This document shows positions 47,038-56,533 of a stretch of DNA of 64,000 nt, piece after piece. Numbering within the stretch: position 1 is the stretch's first letter; every line of letters starts with the position of its first letter. This stretch comes from a virus (lineage: Duplodnaviria > Caudoviricetes): IMG/VR virus record IMGVR_UViG_3300037631_006232, positions 32,001 to 96,000 of that record; one strand, given 5' to 3'. Below the pieces are notes generated by a model, which saw nothing but the letters and a program-made list of their open reading frames with translations, was not told the origin of the DNA and did no database searches. A program made the position numbers and the translations under genes.

Positions 47038-47255
47038 ATGATTTAAATAATCAAATAATAAATAAAATGCCTACAGAAGTTTTTAAACTACTAGAGTCAA
47101 ATAACCTACACAAACTAGCATCTTTGAGAGCAGGCACTGTAGATTTCGGGTTAGATACTGCAGTTGCCCACCTAGGTAAAAAAGCTTATTATCAGAGACA
47201 TGTTAATAAAGCTATCGCCAATGGCATAAATTCTCTTACTTCGTTCGAGGGGTAA
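47034..47255 (+). CDS. small head-cluster protein
   Basis: 73 aa, HKLAS, ATGA coupling. Confidence 0.6.
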   Translation: MNDLNNQIINKMPTEVFKLLESNNLHKLASLRAGTVDFGLDTAVAHLGKKAYYQRHVNKAIANGINSLTSFEG

Positions 47256-47259
47256 TCTT

Positions 47260-47874
47260 ATGCTCCCTATAGTAAAAGCTTTTTTACCGGAAATAGTTAA
47301 GCTGTCTCATGAGAATATGCAGTGGCTACAAGAGCAAGAAGACGCATCTACCCTGCTTAAAAAAGCTTCTATAGCTAGTACTAAGAAAGAGGTATCTGAG
47401 AGGCTAGTAGTAGAAGTTGTTAAAGTAGGGTCTATGCTACTAGATTCTTTAAAATCTAATAACTTGAAAAACTCTTTAAAAAAGTACAGCCCAAGTAAGG
47501 AAGAGGATGAGGTAAAACCTGTAACAAAGGAATCTCAATCTATTTCACCTATGCGAGCCTTAGGCTATGGAGCAATGGCGGCAGTTCCTCTAGGATTGAC
47601 AGCTAATTACGCTATAAACAAAGCTAGTGACGAGATGGATTCTAAAATGTATGCGATTCCAGGATTGGCCGCAGCAACCGTTGGGGCTATATTAGCTATG
47701 CGTAATAAACATAAAATAGATGATTTAGAGAAAGCTAAAGAGTTACAAGATGCTTTATTAGCTAAAGAGGTTATCGGTACGGCCGAAGAGCAGAAAGTAG
47801 GCAGCTACTCTAAGTTAGCCCATATTAATTCAGAGCACATAGCTAACATCATTTCAGATCTTTTAGTGAGGTAA
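47260..47874 (+). CDS. head-cluster protein with two hydrophobic helices
   Basis: ALGYGAMAAVPLGL, AIPGLAAATVGAIL. Confidence 0.65.
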   Translation: MLPIVKAFLPEIVKLSHENMQWLQEQEDASTLLKKASIASTKKEVSERLVVEVVKVGSMLLDSLKSNNLKNSLKKYSPSKEEDEVKPVTKESQSISPMRALGYGAMAAVPLGLTANYAINKASDEMDSKMYAIPGLAAATVGAILAMRNKHKIDDLEKAKELQDALLAKEVIGTAEEQKVGSYSKLAHINSEHIANIISDLLVR

Positions 47875-47878
47875 GGGC

Positions 47879-49348
47879 GTGAGTTTAAATAAAATACTAG
47901 AAGTAGATGACTATTTTAGAGGGTCTAATGGGCTCGAACCTACTGTTCAACTTATAGACTTCAATAGCAAAACTGCTTCTGTTGCGTCTGACTGGGCTAC
48001 TAGGGTTACTCCCGTAACAGGTAAGACTTATATACTAGTTTTAGCTATGGGCGCTAGTGAGTTTTATGGGCCTAATAGGAACGGAGATGCTTTTGAAGAA
48101 AAAGAGTTGAAAGAGCATCACCACACTTTTGAAACCAACGCTCATGTTTTTAAGTCTCACGTCAACAAGGACCCTGCTAAAAGCTTTGGTAAAGTGATTA
48201 AAAGTTTTTACAACGATGATATGCATAGGGTAGAGCTAGTCTTAGAGATAGATAATGGTAAAGCTCCAGACATAGTTACTAAGATTAATTCCGGTAACAG
48301 TGTAGCCGTATCAATGGGGTGTAAGATTAAGTATGATGTTTGTAGTATATGCGGTAACAAAGCACCTACTCGTGCGCAGTACTGTAAACACCTAAAAAAT
48401 GAACTCAATAAAATCTACCCAGATGGAAGGGTAGTGGCTGCGTACAACCCTAAGCCTAATTTTTTCGATATATCTATAGTATGGCGGCCGGCAGATAAAA
48501 CCGGTTATATGCTAAAAAAAGTGGCTAACTCAAGAGAGTTGGGAGCTAGTTCTGCGTGGTTAGCGGAGAAACTAGCCGCTAGAGTAACCTTGTCTAAGTA
48601 CTTAGACAAGGCTGCTGAGATAGAAAAAATGGTTAGTGGCGTAGGTATCGGTATGACTTCCAACAAGGAAGATAGTAATCCTTCTAGCTACTTGAATAAG
48701 CAGTGGCTTAAATCAGTGGTTCCGAAACTTAAAAATTCTTTTATAGAATTGAACGATGAAGATAAAGATTACTTGAGTAAGAAAAACCTACCTAAAGTAC
48801 TTTCTAGTTTAAGTGATATGGGGATATTTCTAGCTACCCCGGAATTTTTAGACTTGGTATATTTGAAGGCTGTGGGTAAAAAAGCTCCTGAAGGTCTAGC
48901 ATCAAATCTTATCTCCTTACAATCAGATATATTTAGCATGGTGGCTAAATACCCAGACTTGGCAGAAGATTTGATATACAGTGATATAGCACCCACGGGT
49001 TCCGAAGTTATTGATCCTGAGGTTCAAGATAAAGTTGCTAAATATATACCGCTTAGATCCTTAGACGAGGCTTGGTTACTATCTAGACCTACTCAATTTT
49101 TAAAAAACTCTAGCGAGAATCTGTGTTCTAGCTCCACCATATTACCAAGAAGCTCTGTTGCTGTGCCAGAATTAGATAAAGTGGCCAGCATTAGTTATGC
49201 TGTGTATATATCTACTATACTGGATACTATTGACAACCCTTCATATACTAAGCTAGCTTCTATTAGGTCTCAAGACACAGAAGGGCTTAGAGATAGTAAG
49301 TCTCGTCCTTGGACCGCCCTAACAGTATTGGCCTTAAACCATATTTAA
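47879..49348 (+). CDS. prohead (capsid maturation) protease with zinc-finger insertion
   Basis: NRNGDAF, FKSHVNKD..FGKV, VSMGC (candidate nucleophile), CSICGN..CKH, FFDISIVWRPAD. Lies upstream of the capsid genes. Confidence 0.75.
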   Translation: MSLNKILEVDDYFRGSNGLEPTVQLIDFNSKTASVASDWATRVTPVTGKTYILVLAMGASEFYGPNRNGDAFEEKELKEHHHTFETNAHVFKSHVNKDPAKSFGKVIKSFYNDDMHRVELVLEIDNGKAPDIVTKINSGNSVAVSMGCKIKYDVCSICGNKAPTRAQYCKHLKNELNKIYPDGRVVAAYNPKPNFFDISIVWRPADKTGYMLKKVANSRELGASSAWLAEKLAARVTLSKYLDKAAEIEKMVSGVGIGMTSNKEDSNPSSYLNKQWLKSVVPKLKNSFIELNDEDKDYLSKKNLPKVLSSLSDMGIFLATPEFLDLVYLKAVGKKAPEGLASNLISLQSDIFSMVAKYPDLAEDLIYSDIAPTGSEVIDPEVQDKVAKYIPLRSLDEAWLLSRPTQFLKNSSENLCSSSTILPRSSVAVPELDKVASISYAVYISTILDTIDNPSYTKLASIRSQDTEGLRDSKSRPWTALTVLALNHI

Positions 49349-49419
49349 TTATTGGTTACGGGCTTTATGTTTATTACTATTTATTATGAAATCTAATTAC
49401 ACCCTAATGGAGTACTGAA

Positions 49420-50031
49420 ATGGAATTATCCTCAATTTTAGACGCCCTTTCTAACGATACTGCTACTACTGAAAAGGTAGCTCACGTATCCGAGTCTCAC
49501 TCTAACAAGCTTGATAGAGCTTTGGAAGAGGCGCTTTCTATGGACAAAACAGCGAGCGTAGCTCAGGCATCTGAACCTTCTGAAGATCTAATAAAGATAG
49601 CCCAACGACTAGCGGATGCCGAGCAATTAGCTTTAGTAAAAGAAGCTGAGATGTACGGAGCAGCGGTCTGCGATGGGTTCTTAGCTAGAATGACTGAACA
49701 TGATGCTAATGGGGTCAAAGTAGCTAGTTTTGGCGGCGCTGTGGACGTGGACGAAGTGTTATTAAAACAAGCTATGGAACTGGGTTACCGAGAGACGACT
49801 AACCAGTTACAAGGTCTTGCTAATGAAGCCTTCGCTACTGGCTATCAAAATGTTTCTGAAAAAACTGCTGGCCATACTCAAGCTGAAGAAGAAGCTGCTA
49901 TGGAAAAAATAGCCTCTGAAGCTATTACAGCAGGTTATCAAGAAGCTAAACAAATGATTAAGGTAGCTGCAGAATCTAGAGCAGAAACAGGATACTCTCA
50001 CGCAATTAATATCTTATCTAATCTGGGATAA
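49420..50031 (+). CDS. scaffold-like helical protein
   Basis: Ala/Glu-rich, nine K-x-A motifs, repeated A-x2-3-G-Y helices. Confidence 0.6.
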   Translation: MELSSILDALSNDTATTEKVAHVSESHSNKLDRALEEALSMDKTASVAQASEPSEDLIKIAQRLADAEQLALVKEAEMYGAAVCDGFLARMTEHDANGVKVASFGGAVDVDEVLLKQAMELGYRETTNQLQGLANEAFATGYQNVSEKTAGHTQAEEEAAMEKIASEAITAGYQEAKQMIKVAAESRAETGYSHAINILSNLG

Positions 50032-50037
50032 CTATAA

Positions 50038-50397
50038 ATGTCTGCTCAAAAACAATACGAACTTTTACTAAGTAAGATATCGGCTACTTCTACTACGGAT
50101 GGAATAGAGGTTTCTTTAGACTATGCTTCTAATAAGACCGCTTCTACTTCTAGCATTCTTTCCGATATAGCATTAGCTACTGCAGTAGGGGCTCCTTTAG
50201 CTTACATGGCGGGCAAGAAATCAGGTAAATCTGATGAAAAAAGAAAGCATCTAAATTACGCTTTAGCTGGCGCGGGCTTAGGAGCTACTGTACCTTACTT
50301 GCTAAAAGCACTGAGCAATCCTAGCGAGGCAGGATTAAGTACCGTGGGCTTTAGCGCAGACGATATTCGTTCCCTTAAACTAGAAGATATTGGATAG
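50038..50397 (+). CDS. small protein with two hydrophobic Gly/Ala helices
   Basis: NKTAS leader, IALATAVGAPLAYMAG, ALAGAGLGA. Confidence 0.65.
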   Translation: MSAQKQYELLLSKISATSTTDGIEVSLDYASNKTASTSSILSDIALATAVGAPLAYMAGKKSGKSDEKRKHLNYALAGAGLGATVPYLLKALSNPSEAGLSTVGFSADDIRSLKLEDIG

Positions 50398-50405
50398 AGG
50401 TAGAA

Positions 50406-50612
50406 ATGGCTACATCAAAATTTGAACAAGCTCTAGCTAACATTATAGAAGAAGCCCATAATGAGCCTATTGAAAAAGTTGCTAGCGTAGATGAGCGGAT
50501 TGAGGCACTGAATGGCGATGTAGCTAAGTCGCTTACTAAAGTCGCTTCTGTCTTGCGAGAAGTTTCTACTGAGCCTACCTATCAAGACATACTTGATTTT
50601 ATAGGAGAGTAG
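50406..50612 (+). CDS. small K-x-A protein
   Basis: EKVAS, TKVAS, GAGG RBS. Confidence 0.65.
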   Translation: MATSKFEQALANIIEEAHNEPIEKVASVDERIEALNGDVAKSLTKVASVLREVSTEPTYQDILDFIGE

Positions 50613-50613
50613 A

Positions 50614-50757
50614 ATGGATACTAAAAAAATTAAAGTAGTTGCTCAACAACTTCGTAAATATGCTCAGGATCTCGAAGCCACTAAGCGAGAGAAGACCGCT
50701 AACTTGGTTGTTGCAGCCACAGGTCTAGAATTACTTAGACGAAAGTTAGAGGATTAA
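50614..50757 (+). CDS. 47-aa protein missed by the ORF track
   Basis: MDTKKIKVVAQQLRKYAQDLEATKREKTANLVVAATGLELLRRKLED. AGGAG RBS, fills the gap exactly, carries KYA and KTA. Confidence 0.7.
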   Translation: MDTKKIKVVAQQLRKYAQDLEATKREKTANLVVAATGLELLRRKLED

Positions 50758-50761
50758 TATT

Positions 50762-51106
50762 ATGAGTAATCACTTTTTAATGAAAGTAGCTGATGTACTT
50801 GACGCTATTGCTGAAGAGAAATCTGAATTAGAGCAAGAGCTAAGTACTATTAAAGAAGCTAAGCGTAAAGAGCAACTAACTCCGGTAGTTGAAAAGCTAA
50901 GCTTTATTACTGGAGATGATCCAGAAGATCTTCAAAGCAAACTAGCTGGTGTAGACGAATCTGTCTTAACTATGCTTAGTGGCTTGGCTGGAGCTGAAGC
51001 TCCTAGCATGGGTGCTTCTGGCACTGTCAAGACTGCTGGTCTAGACGGTAAGGTTAGTTCTTCTAATAGAGCTGATCGTGATTTTGCTAATTGGATTTTA
51101 AGTTAA
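50762..51106 (+). CDS. scaffold-like coiled-coil protein
   Basis: KVAD, KEAK, KLAG, KTAG. Ends in the amphipathic helix ADRDFANWILS. Confidence 0.6.
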   Translation: MSNHFLMKVADVLDAIAEEKSELEQELSTIKEAKRKEQLTPVVEKLSFITGDDPEDLQSKLAGVDESVLTMLSGLAGAEAPSMGASGTVKTAGLDGKVSSSNRADRDFANWILS

Positions 51107-51132
51107 ACAAATAATTTATAGGAGAAAAAGCC

Positions 51133-51687
51133 ATGGTTGCTTTAACATCTAAATTTGATATTCTAAGAGGCTGGCCTAATGGGTCTGCTGTACAAGAAGA
51201 TTTTATTATCGGGGCTTCTGGAAACCAATCCGGATGGACTCACCCACATGCCGCAGGTACCTGGGTAAAACTAGCTAGCACTAATGATGGTACTATGAAA
51301 ACTGACGACGCTGCTGCTTCTAGTGCGTTTGATACTAAGTGCTATCTTGTTATTGAAGGCGCTGATGACTACTCTTCTAGGTTCTCTCATAGAGTTACCT
51401 GCCTTCTCGGCGGTGGATACATGGTTAGAGTACCTCAAAACTACAAAGATGCAGATGGAAACACCGTTGTATGTTTAGCAGCCGCAGCTAGTACTTTTAC
51501 AGTAGGCGATCAGCTAAAAGTTGTTTCTAACCAGCTTTCAGAGTACGTAGCAACCGTAGGTTTCCCAGCCAGTGGTGAAGTTGCTAATGATGTTAATACT
51601 ACTGAAATTACTAATAGATCTGGAATTGTTGCTACTGTTATGGCTGTAAATTCTGCAGATAATACTATTGACGTATACGTACACTAA
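51133..51687 (+). CDS. capsid decoration/cement protein (probable)
   Basis: Beta-rich 184 aa directly before the major capsid gene, AGGAG RBS. Confidence 0.55.
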   Translation: MVALTSKFDILRGWPNGSAVQEDFIIGASGNQSGWTHPHAAGTWVKLASTNDGTMKTDDAAASSAFDTKCYLVIEGADDYSSRFSHRVTCLLGGGYMVRVPQNYKDADGNTVVCLAAAASTFTVGDQLKVVSNQLSEYVATVGFPASGEVANDVNTTEITNRSGIVATVMAVNSADNTIDVYVH

Positions 51688-51711
51688 TAACTCGCACTAA
51701 GGAGAAAACAC

Positions 51712-52860
51712 ATGAATACAGAGCGTGAGCGCCTAAGTGCGCAGTTTATTAATCAAAGCTTTGTCCGTAAATTGGACGAAGGACGAGTAAAAGAAGCAGC
51801 TGACGAAGGTAGTCGGTTCATTAGATCAAAGCTACGCCAAGAAAGCTTTGCACGAGAAATCTTGCAACCTATTGAGCTTAGCCCAGACGAGATCGATCGT
51901 GACGAGCACACAGATCAACCTAAGAAAATCATCGAAAAAGAGCCTGATTCAACAGCTACTTTCGTAACTTTCAAAGGATCTGGACAACGTACTTTCTTCC
52001 GTGGACCTCGTTACTCAGTATTCTTCGGAAAAGTTGAATCACAACATTTCATGAAGAGCAAGTTCGAACTTCTTACTTACCAAAACGACATCCGCAAAAT
52101 CTTAACTGACAACTCAGTTAAAGATATGGCTGACGTAGAAGATCAAAAGTTCATTGAAACTATTGAAGCTGCTTTAGATGATGCAGGATCTACTTTAGAT
52201 AAACGCTCCAGTGACGGAGCTGCTTCTATTGATGGTGATAATGTAACCTCTTTTGGCGGAGTAGAGTTCTTACCTCTTGCAGATTCAGCAGTAGGTGCAA
52301 ATCTAACTGGTAATCTAGGAGCAACTCAGTTTACTGGAGAACAACTTCTCAATGGTAACAACTTTGTGGCTAGGGCTGCAGAACGTGATGCTGGAGGAGC
52401 TACTGAAATTAGTGGTTCTAAGTTCGATCTTGGAGCACAAGCACCTCTTAGCAAAGAACTTATCGCACAGTTGTTCCAAGCTATGACTGCTAAGAAACTT
52501 CCTATCGGTAAAATGCTTATGAGCAAGACTACCTTCATGGAAGCTCTTAAATTTGACTATAACGATGTTGGTAACGACATTGTTTCTCGTCACTATGACA
52601 ACGGTCTTGAAGGCGAAGATAAGCTCTTTGGTGTACCTGTAATTACTACTATCAAGAATGACATTATTCCTGATAACGTAATCTACTTGTTTGCTCCTGA
52701 GAACTACCTCGGTAACTTCTTCCTTCTACAAGACGCTACTCTATTCATTAAGCAAGAAGCTGATATGATTGAGTTCTGGTCTTACTCTTCTCCTGGAATT
52801 GGTATTGGTAACACTAAAGGTGTTATTAAACTTTCTGGATTTAAGAGCGTAGGCGCTTAA
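51712..52860 (+). CDS. major capsid protein
   Basis: 382 aa, follows protease/scaffold/decoration genes, codon usage typical of a highly expressed gene, AAGGAG RBS, downstream terminator. LFGVPVITT fits an HK97-like fold. Confidence 0.8.
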   Translation: MNTERERLSAQFINQSFVRKLDEGRVKEAADEGSRFIRSKLRQESFAREILQPIELSPDEIDRDEHTDQPKKIIEKEPDSTATFVTFKGSGQRTFFRGPRYSVFFGKVESQHFMKSKFELLTYQNDIRKILTDNSVKDMADVEDQKFIETIEAALDDAGSTLDKRSSDGAASIDGDNVTSFGGVEFLPLADSAVGANLTGNLGATQFTGEQLLNGNNFVARAAERDAGGATEISGSKFDLGAQAPLSKELIAQLFQAMTAKKLPIGKMLMSKTTFMEALKFDYNDVGNDIVSRHYDNGLEGEDKLFGVPVITTIKNDIIPDNVIYLFAPENYLGNFFLLQDATLFIKQEADMIEFWSYSSPGIGIGNTKGVIKLSGFKSVGA

Positions 52861-52906
52861 TAGTAGATAGTAATAGTCTCCACCGGTAGGACCTTGGTCT
52901 CACCTT

Positions 52907-52948
52907 AAAAGCCTCGTATACTTTGTTAAGAAGTATTCGAGGTTTTTT
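52907..52948 (+). terminator. intrinsic terminator after the major capsid gene
   Basis: AAAAGCCTCG-T-ATACTT...AAGTAT-T-CGAGGTTTTTT stem with U tract. Confidence 0.7.
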
Positions 52949-52961
52949 ATTGGAGAAACTA

Positions 52962-53498
52962 ATGCAAAAAATTAAACTAACTAATGTTAGAGCTGGTGGC
53001 AGCTTTAAATTACCTGGTGGCCTGAGACTTAAAAAAGGTCAATCCGTATCCGTACCTACATCAATGCTTACTCATAAAAGTGTTCGACATCAAATGAGCC
53101 GTGGCCGCATAGCGGTTACTACTATTGGTGGATCAGTAGAAGTAGTTACCGATAACTTAATAGAAGAAGGCCGTGAGAAACTAGATGATCTTGTAGACAT
53201 GGCTCTAGATGTAGTAGATCCGTTCTTAGATACCACCGCAGCTAGGGCAGTAGTAGATTCAGTACTTACTAAAGTAGAGGATACTATTGAGAATGCCGTA
53301 GATAACGCTATCGATGCTGCAGAAGACGCAGTAGCTGATGTAGTAGAAGATATTACTGAGGCAGTTAGCGACGCTGTAGGTAGCGTGGTAGAAGGCATAG
53401 GCGACATGCTTGGTTTTGGGGATGACGAAGAAGATGTAAAAGAAGAAGCGACTAAGCCAAAACGCAGGCGTACTAGAAAGAAAAAATCTGACTCGTAA
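52962..53498 (+). CDS. acidic protein with basic C-terminal tail
   Basis: ATG after GGAG (the track start 52923 lies in the terminator). D/E/V/A-rich helix, KPKRRRTRKKK. Confidence 0.7.
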   Translation: MQKIKLTNVRAGGSFKLPGGLRLKKGQSVSVPTSMLTHKSVRHQMSRGRIAVTTIGGSVEVVTDNLIEEGREKLDDLVDMALDVVDPFLDTTAARAVVDSVLTKVEDTIENAVDNAIDAAEDAVADVVEDITEAVSDAVGSVVEGIGDMLGFGDDEEDVKEEATKPKRRRTRKKKSDS

Positions 53499-53509
53499 GG
53501 AGCTTTCTT

Positions 53510-53902
53510 ATGGCTAATATACGTATTATCGAAATAGAGCAAAGCGAATTAACCCCGGAACAGTTAGCCATAATTAACGCTGGCGGCGTGGTATTCGACG
53601 AAACCTCTCAATGGAAGTACACTAGTAGCACTTCGGACCTAGTGCCTTCTGCCCAATTAGTAGGTAGGGGTGGCATGTGGACTGCTAGTTTTAATACTAG
53701 CCTAGATCCTGATGATGCGCCTCCTTTCGTAGAGTGGAAGTATATTGATGCCGAAGATGTAGTGGACCTAGGTATAGCTAGTGAAGCTAGCCGAGCTCCT
53801 TTGCGCTCTAGAAACATAGATCTTACTCCCAATCCTTCACAATTCCACCCAGACTCTTTCTGGCAGAGAAACGGTCAAGATATAATACCTAGGAGTTCAT
53901 AA
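53510..53902 (+). CDS. hypothetical virion protein
   Basis: AAGGAG RBS, coupled to the next gene. Confidence 0.65.
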   Translation: MANIRIIEIEQSELTPEQLAIINAGGVVFDETSQWKYTSSTSDLVPSAQLVGRGGMWTASFNTSLDPDDAPPFVEWKYIDAEDVVDLGIASEASRAPLRSRNIDLTPNPSQFHPDSFWQRNGQDIIPRSS

Positions 53903-54489
53903 TGGCTACGCCTAATATAGTCCCACAATCGGAAAATGATGGTAACTTAGGAAGGCACAGTTTACGCTGGGCTAGTACTTATACCTATAGAGTTAGCTCC
54001 CCCGCTATTAGGGTGGTAAGAGACGCTACTGCTAATGCGGAAGTCTTCACTACTATAGCTACGGATAGCAATGGTGATATTACTATTAATAAAGAGGATG
54101 GTAATGGAGCTAAGCCCTTAGCTACTGCTGAGAGTGTTACTACTCTTAGTGGTACCGTCACTACTATAAATAGCTCTTTGCTCACTAGGCCCTCTGTTAC
54201 TGAGATTACTGGTGCTACTACAGTGGCTAATATCTCAGGTACAGAGCAGCACAGAATTTACTATGCTACAGGCGCTGTCGGGGTAACCTTAACCCTCCCT
54301 ACCGCTGCAGGTGTCGCTGGTTTTAAAATAACTGCTAAGAGCCTACTTACAAATAATGCTAACCTAACTACCACTCCTCAAGCAGATCAGAGCGTTGATG
54401 GGGGTGTTAATGGCGCTAGTATTCTTTTGACTAACAACAATACTCAAATAACTTTGGTATCTACTGGTACTAACTGGATTTCTATTTAG
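53902..54489 (+). CDS. fibre-associated virion protein
   Basis: NIVP...NLG..SLRW..Y motif, VTLTLPTAA...ITLVSTGTNWISI C-terminal module. Confidence 0.6.
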   Translation: MATPNIVPQSENDGNLGRHSLRWASTYTYRVSSPAIRVVRDATANAEVFTTIATDSNGDITINKEDGNGAKPLATAESVTTLSGTVTTINSSLLTRPSVTEITGATTVANISGTEQHRIYYATGAVGVTLTLPTAAGVAGFKITAKSLLTNNANLTTTPQADQSVDGGVNGASILLTNNNTQITLVSTGTNWISI

Positions 54490-54499
54490 GAGATAAGCT

Positions 54500-55963
54500 A
54501 TGGCTTTTATTAAAGGTAAACAAATTAAGGACGCTAGTGTTTTAACTACAAAACTTAGCGGTATTTCTAGTACCCCCGATGCTGGCGATATTCTAGTAAC
54601 TGGAGCTAGCGGTGTTCTTGCTGCTGTTACAGTAAGCGGCGATGCTACTTTAGCTGCTAATGGTGCTTTGACTATTGCTAGTGGTGCTATCGAAACCGCA
54701 ATGGTTAATGCTAATGTAATTACTGGTCAGACTGCAGAAGCTACTGTAAATGATGCCGATCTAATTCTTATTTACGATGCCTCTGCTTCCGCGCTCCGTA
54801 AGATGACTCGAGCAAACTTCACCGATGGGTTGGGTGGTGGAGGAGGCAGTAGTGCTGCTGATGATATCACAACAGGGGATGCTGCGGTTACTATAGCGAC
54901 TTCTTCTGGTAATATTACAATCGATGCGCAAGCTAGCGATAGCGATATTATATTTAAAGGAACTGATGGCGGTTCCGACATTACGATGCTGACCTTAGAT
55001 GGATCTGATGCGGGCGCAGCTTCTTTTAATAGCTCTGTCTCTGTAGGTGGGGCTTTAACTGTAACAGGTAATCTCACAGTAAACGGTACCACTACCACAG
55101 TTAATTCTACTACCGTAACTGTAGATGATCCCATCTTTACGTTGGGTGGAGATGCTGCTCCTAGTTCCGATGATAATAAAGACCGTGGTATTGAGTTCCG
55201 ATGGCATAACGGCACTGCTGCTAAGGCAGGTTTCTTTGGGTTTGATGATAGTACTGGTCGCTTCTCATTTATACCTGATGCTACCAACAGCAGTGAAGTA
55301 TTCTCAGGTACCTTAGGTGATATTGATATTAACGCTTTGTATATTGGCGGAACATCAATGGTTACTTCGGACGGTGCTGCTAAGGTACAAAGTGGGGTTG
55401 CTGGGTATGGTATTGCTTACGATTCAGGGGCGTTAAAATTTGCCCCTAGTGAGCTTGGTGCTACCACTGATTGGTTAAGTACCATGTCTTTTGTTTTAGA
55501 TGACGATGGTATCGCTAAACGTATGACTAGGAATACTCTAGCAACTAATATAGTAGGCGGGATTGCTTCTGATGGTTTAGAGTCTAATTCAGGTGCATTA
55601 AAAATTAAGTTAAATGGGTCTAGCCTTGATTTATCTTCGAGCGGTGTAAGAGCTGGCACTTTCCAAAAAGATGATCTAGGCCAAACTGTATCTTCTAATG
55701 TAACTGCTGACAATACCGATACTGGTTTAGACATCACAAACACTCCTAATGCAGACCAAATTGTTCGTGTAGAAGTTAATGGCGTTGCTGTCGAACTAGG
55801 CGATGGTGTTAAAACTAAGACCTGCTACTTTAGTGGGGATAGCGGTTCTAATGCTAGAGCTATGGGAGATATTGCTGCAGGAGATTCTCTGTACTGGAAT
55901 GGATCTAGCGTCTATTCTCTAGAAACAGATGATATCGTAGACTTTATCTATTCGTCTCTATAG
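54500..55963 (+). CDS. fibre/whisker-like virion protein
   Basis: Gly/Thr/Ser/Asp-rich. VTGNLTVNGTTTTVNSTTVTVDDPIFTLG..DRGIEF motif typical of large-phage fibre proteins. Confidence 0.7.
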   Translation: MAFIKGKQIKDASVLTTKLSGISSTPDAGDILVTGASGVLAAVTVSGDATLAANGALTIASGAIETAMVNANVITGQTAEATVNDADLILIYDASASALRKMTRANFTDGLGGGGGSSAADDITTGDAAVTIATSSGNITIDAQASDSDIIFKGTDGGSDITMLTLDGSDAGAASFNSSVSVGGALTVTGNLTVNGTTTTVNSTTVTVDDPIFTLGGDAAPSSDDNKDRGIEFRWHNGTAAKAGFFGFDDSTGRFSFIPDATNSSEVFSGTLGDIDINALYIGGTSMVTSDGAAKVQSGVAGYGIAYDSGALKFAPSELGATTDWLSTMSFVLDDDGIAKRMTRNTLATNIVGGIASDGLESNSGALKIKLNGSSLDLSSSGVRAGTFQKDDLGQTVSSNVTADNTDTGLDITNTPNADQIVRVEVNGVAVELGDGVKTKTCYFSGDSGSNARAMGDIAAGDSLYWNGSSVYSLETDDIVDFIYSSL

Positions 55964-55975
55964 TGTTTCTATAGT

Positions 55976-56050
55976 TAGCTCCTTAAAATTGAAGTAGACT
56001 TAGTAGCATACACACGATAGTATACTAACTGCTTAGATTTTAGGGAGCTA
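55976..56050 (+). promoter_or_regulatory. long hairpin occluding the RBS of the 56054 gene
   Basis: TAGCTCCTTAAAAT / ATTTTAGGGAGCTA (14 bp, one U.G), with inner AAGTAG/CTGCTT and TTAGTA/TACTAA. Confidence 0.6.
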
Positions 56051-56053
56051 CAA

Positions 56054-56533
56054 ATGCAGATAAAACCTAAACAATTAAAGGTTACACAGAATAAATTAGT
56101 GATAGGTAATTCTAGCAATAATGGTGCAGAATTAGCTTACACTATACCTAGTACTGTAGGCACTAGCGGCCACGTACTCACTAGCAACGGTACTAATGTA
56201 GTATTTCAAGCAGTTAGTGGCGGAGGTGGTGGCTCTAGTATTAGCTTTTCTAGAAAATCCGCTAGCTTTTCGGCAGCGGTTAATTACCACTATTCAATAA
56301 CTACAGCCTCCGGTGCCGTTACTGTTACACTACCTGCCTTATCTGGAGCCAGTGATGGGGATACTATACGAATATTCTTTAGAGTCCGAGGTAGTACAAA
56401 TAATGTGGTAGTTAGCAGAGCGACTAGCACTAGTGACTTAATAAATGATGAGACTAGTTTCACCTTAGATGTAGAGCATGACTCTATTACTCTTATAGCT
56501 AACACTACTGATTCTATATGGGAGCTAATATAA
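56054..56533 (+). CDS. fibre-associated virion protein
   Basis: GTSGHVLTSNGT, GGGGG linker, VTVTLPA...ITLI...WELI module. IKxKQ start resembles the 54500 gene. Confidence 0.65.
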   Translation: MQIKPKQLKVTQNKLVIGNSSNNGAELAYTIPSTVGTSGHVLTSNGTNVVFQAVSGGGGGSSISFSRKSASFSAAVNYHYSITTASGAVTVTLPALSGASDGDTIRIFFRVRGSTNNVVVSRATSTSDLINDETSFTLDVEHDSITLIANTTDSIWELI

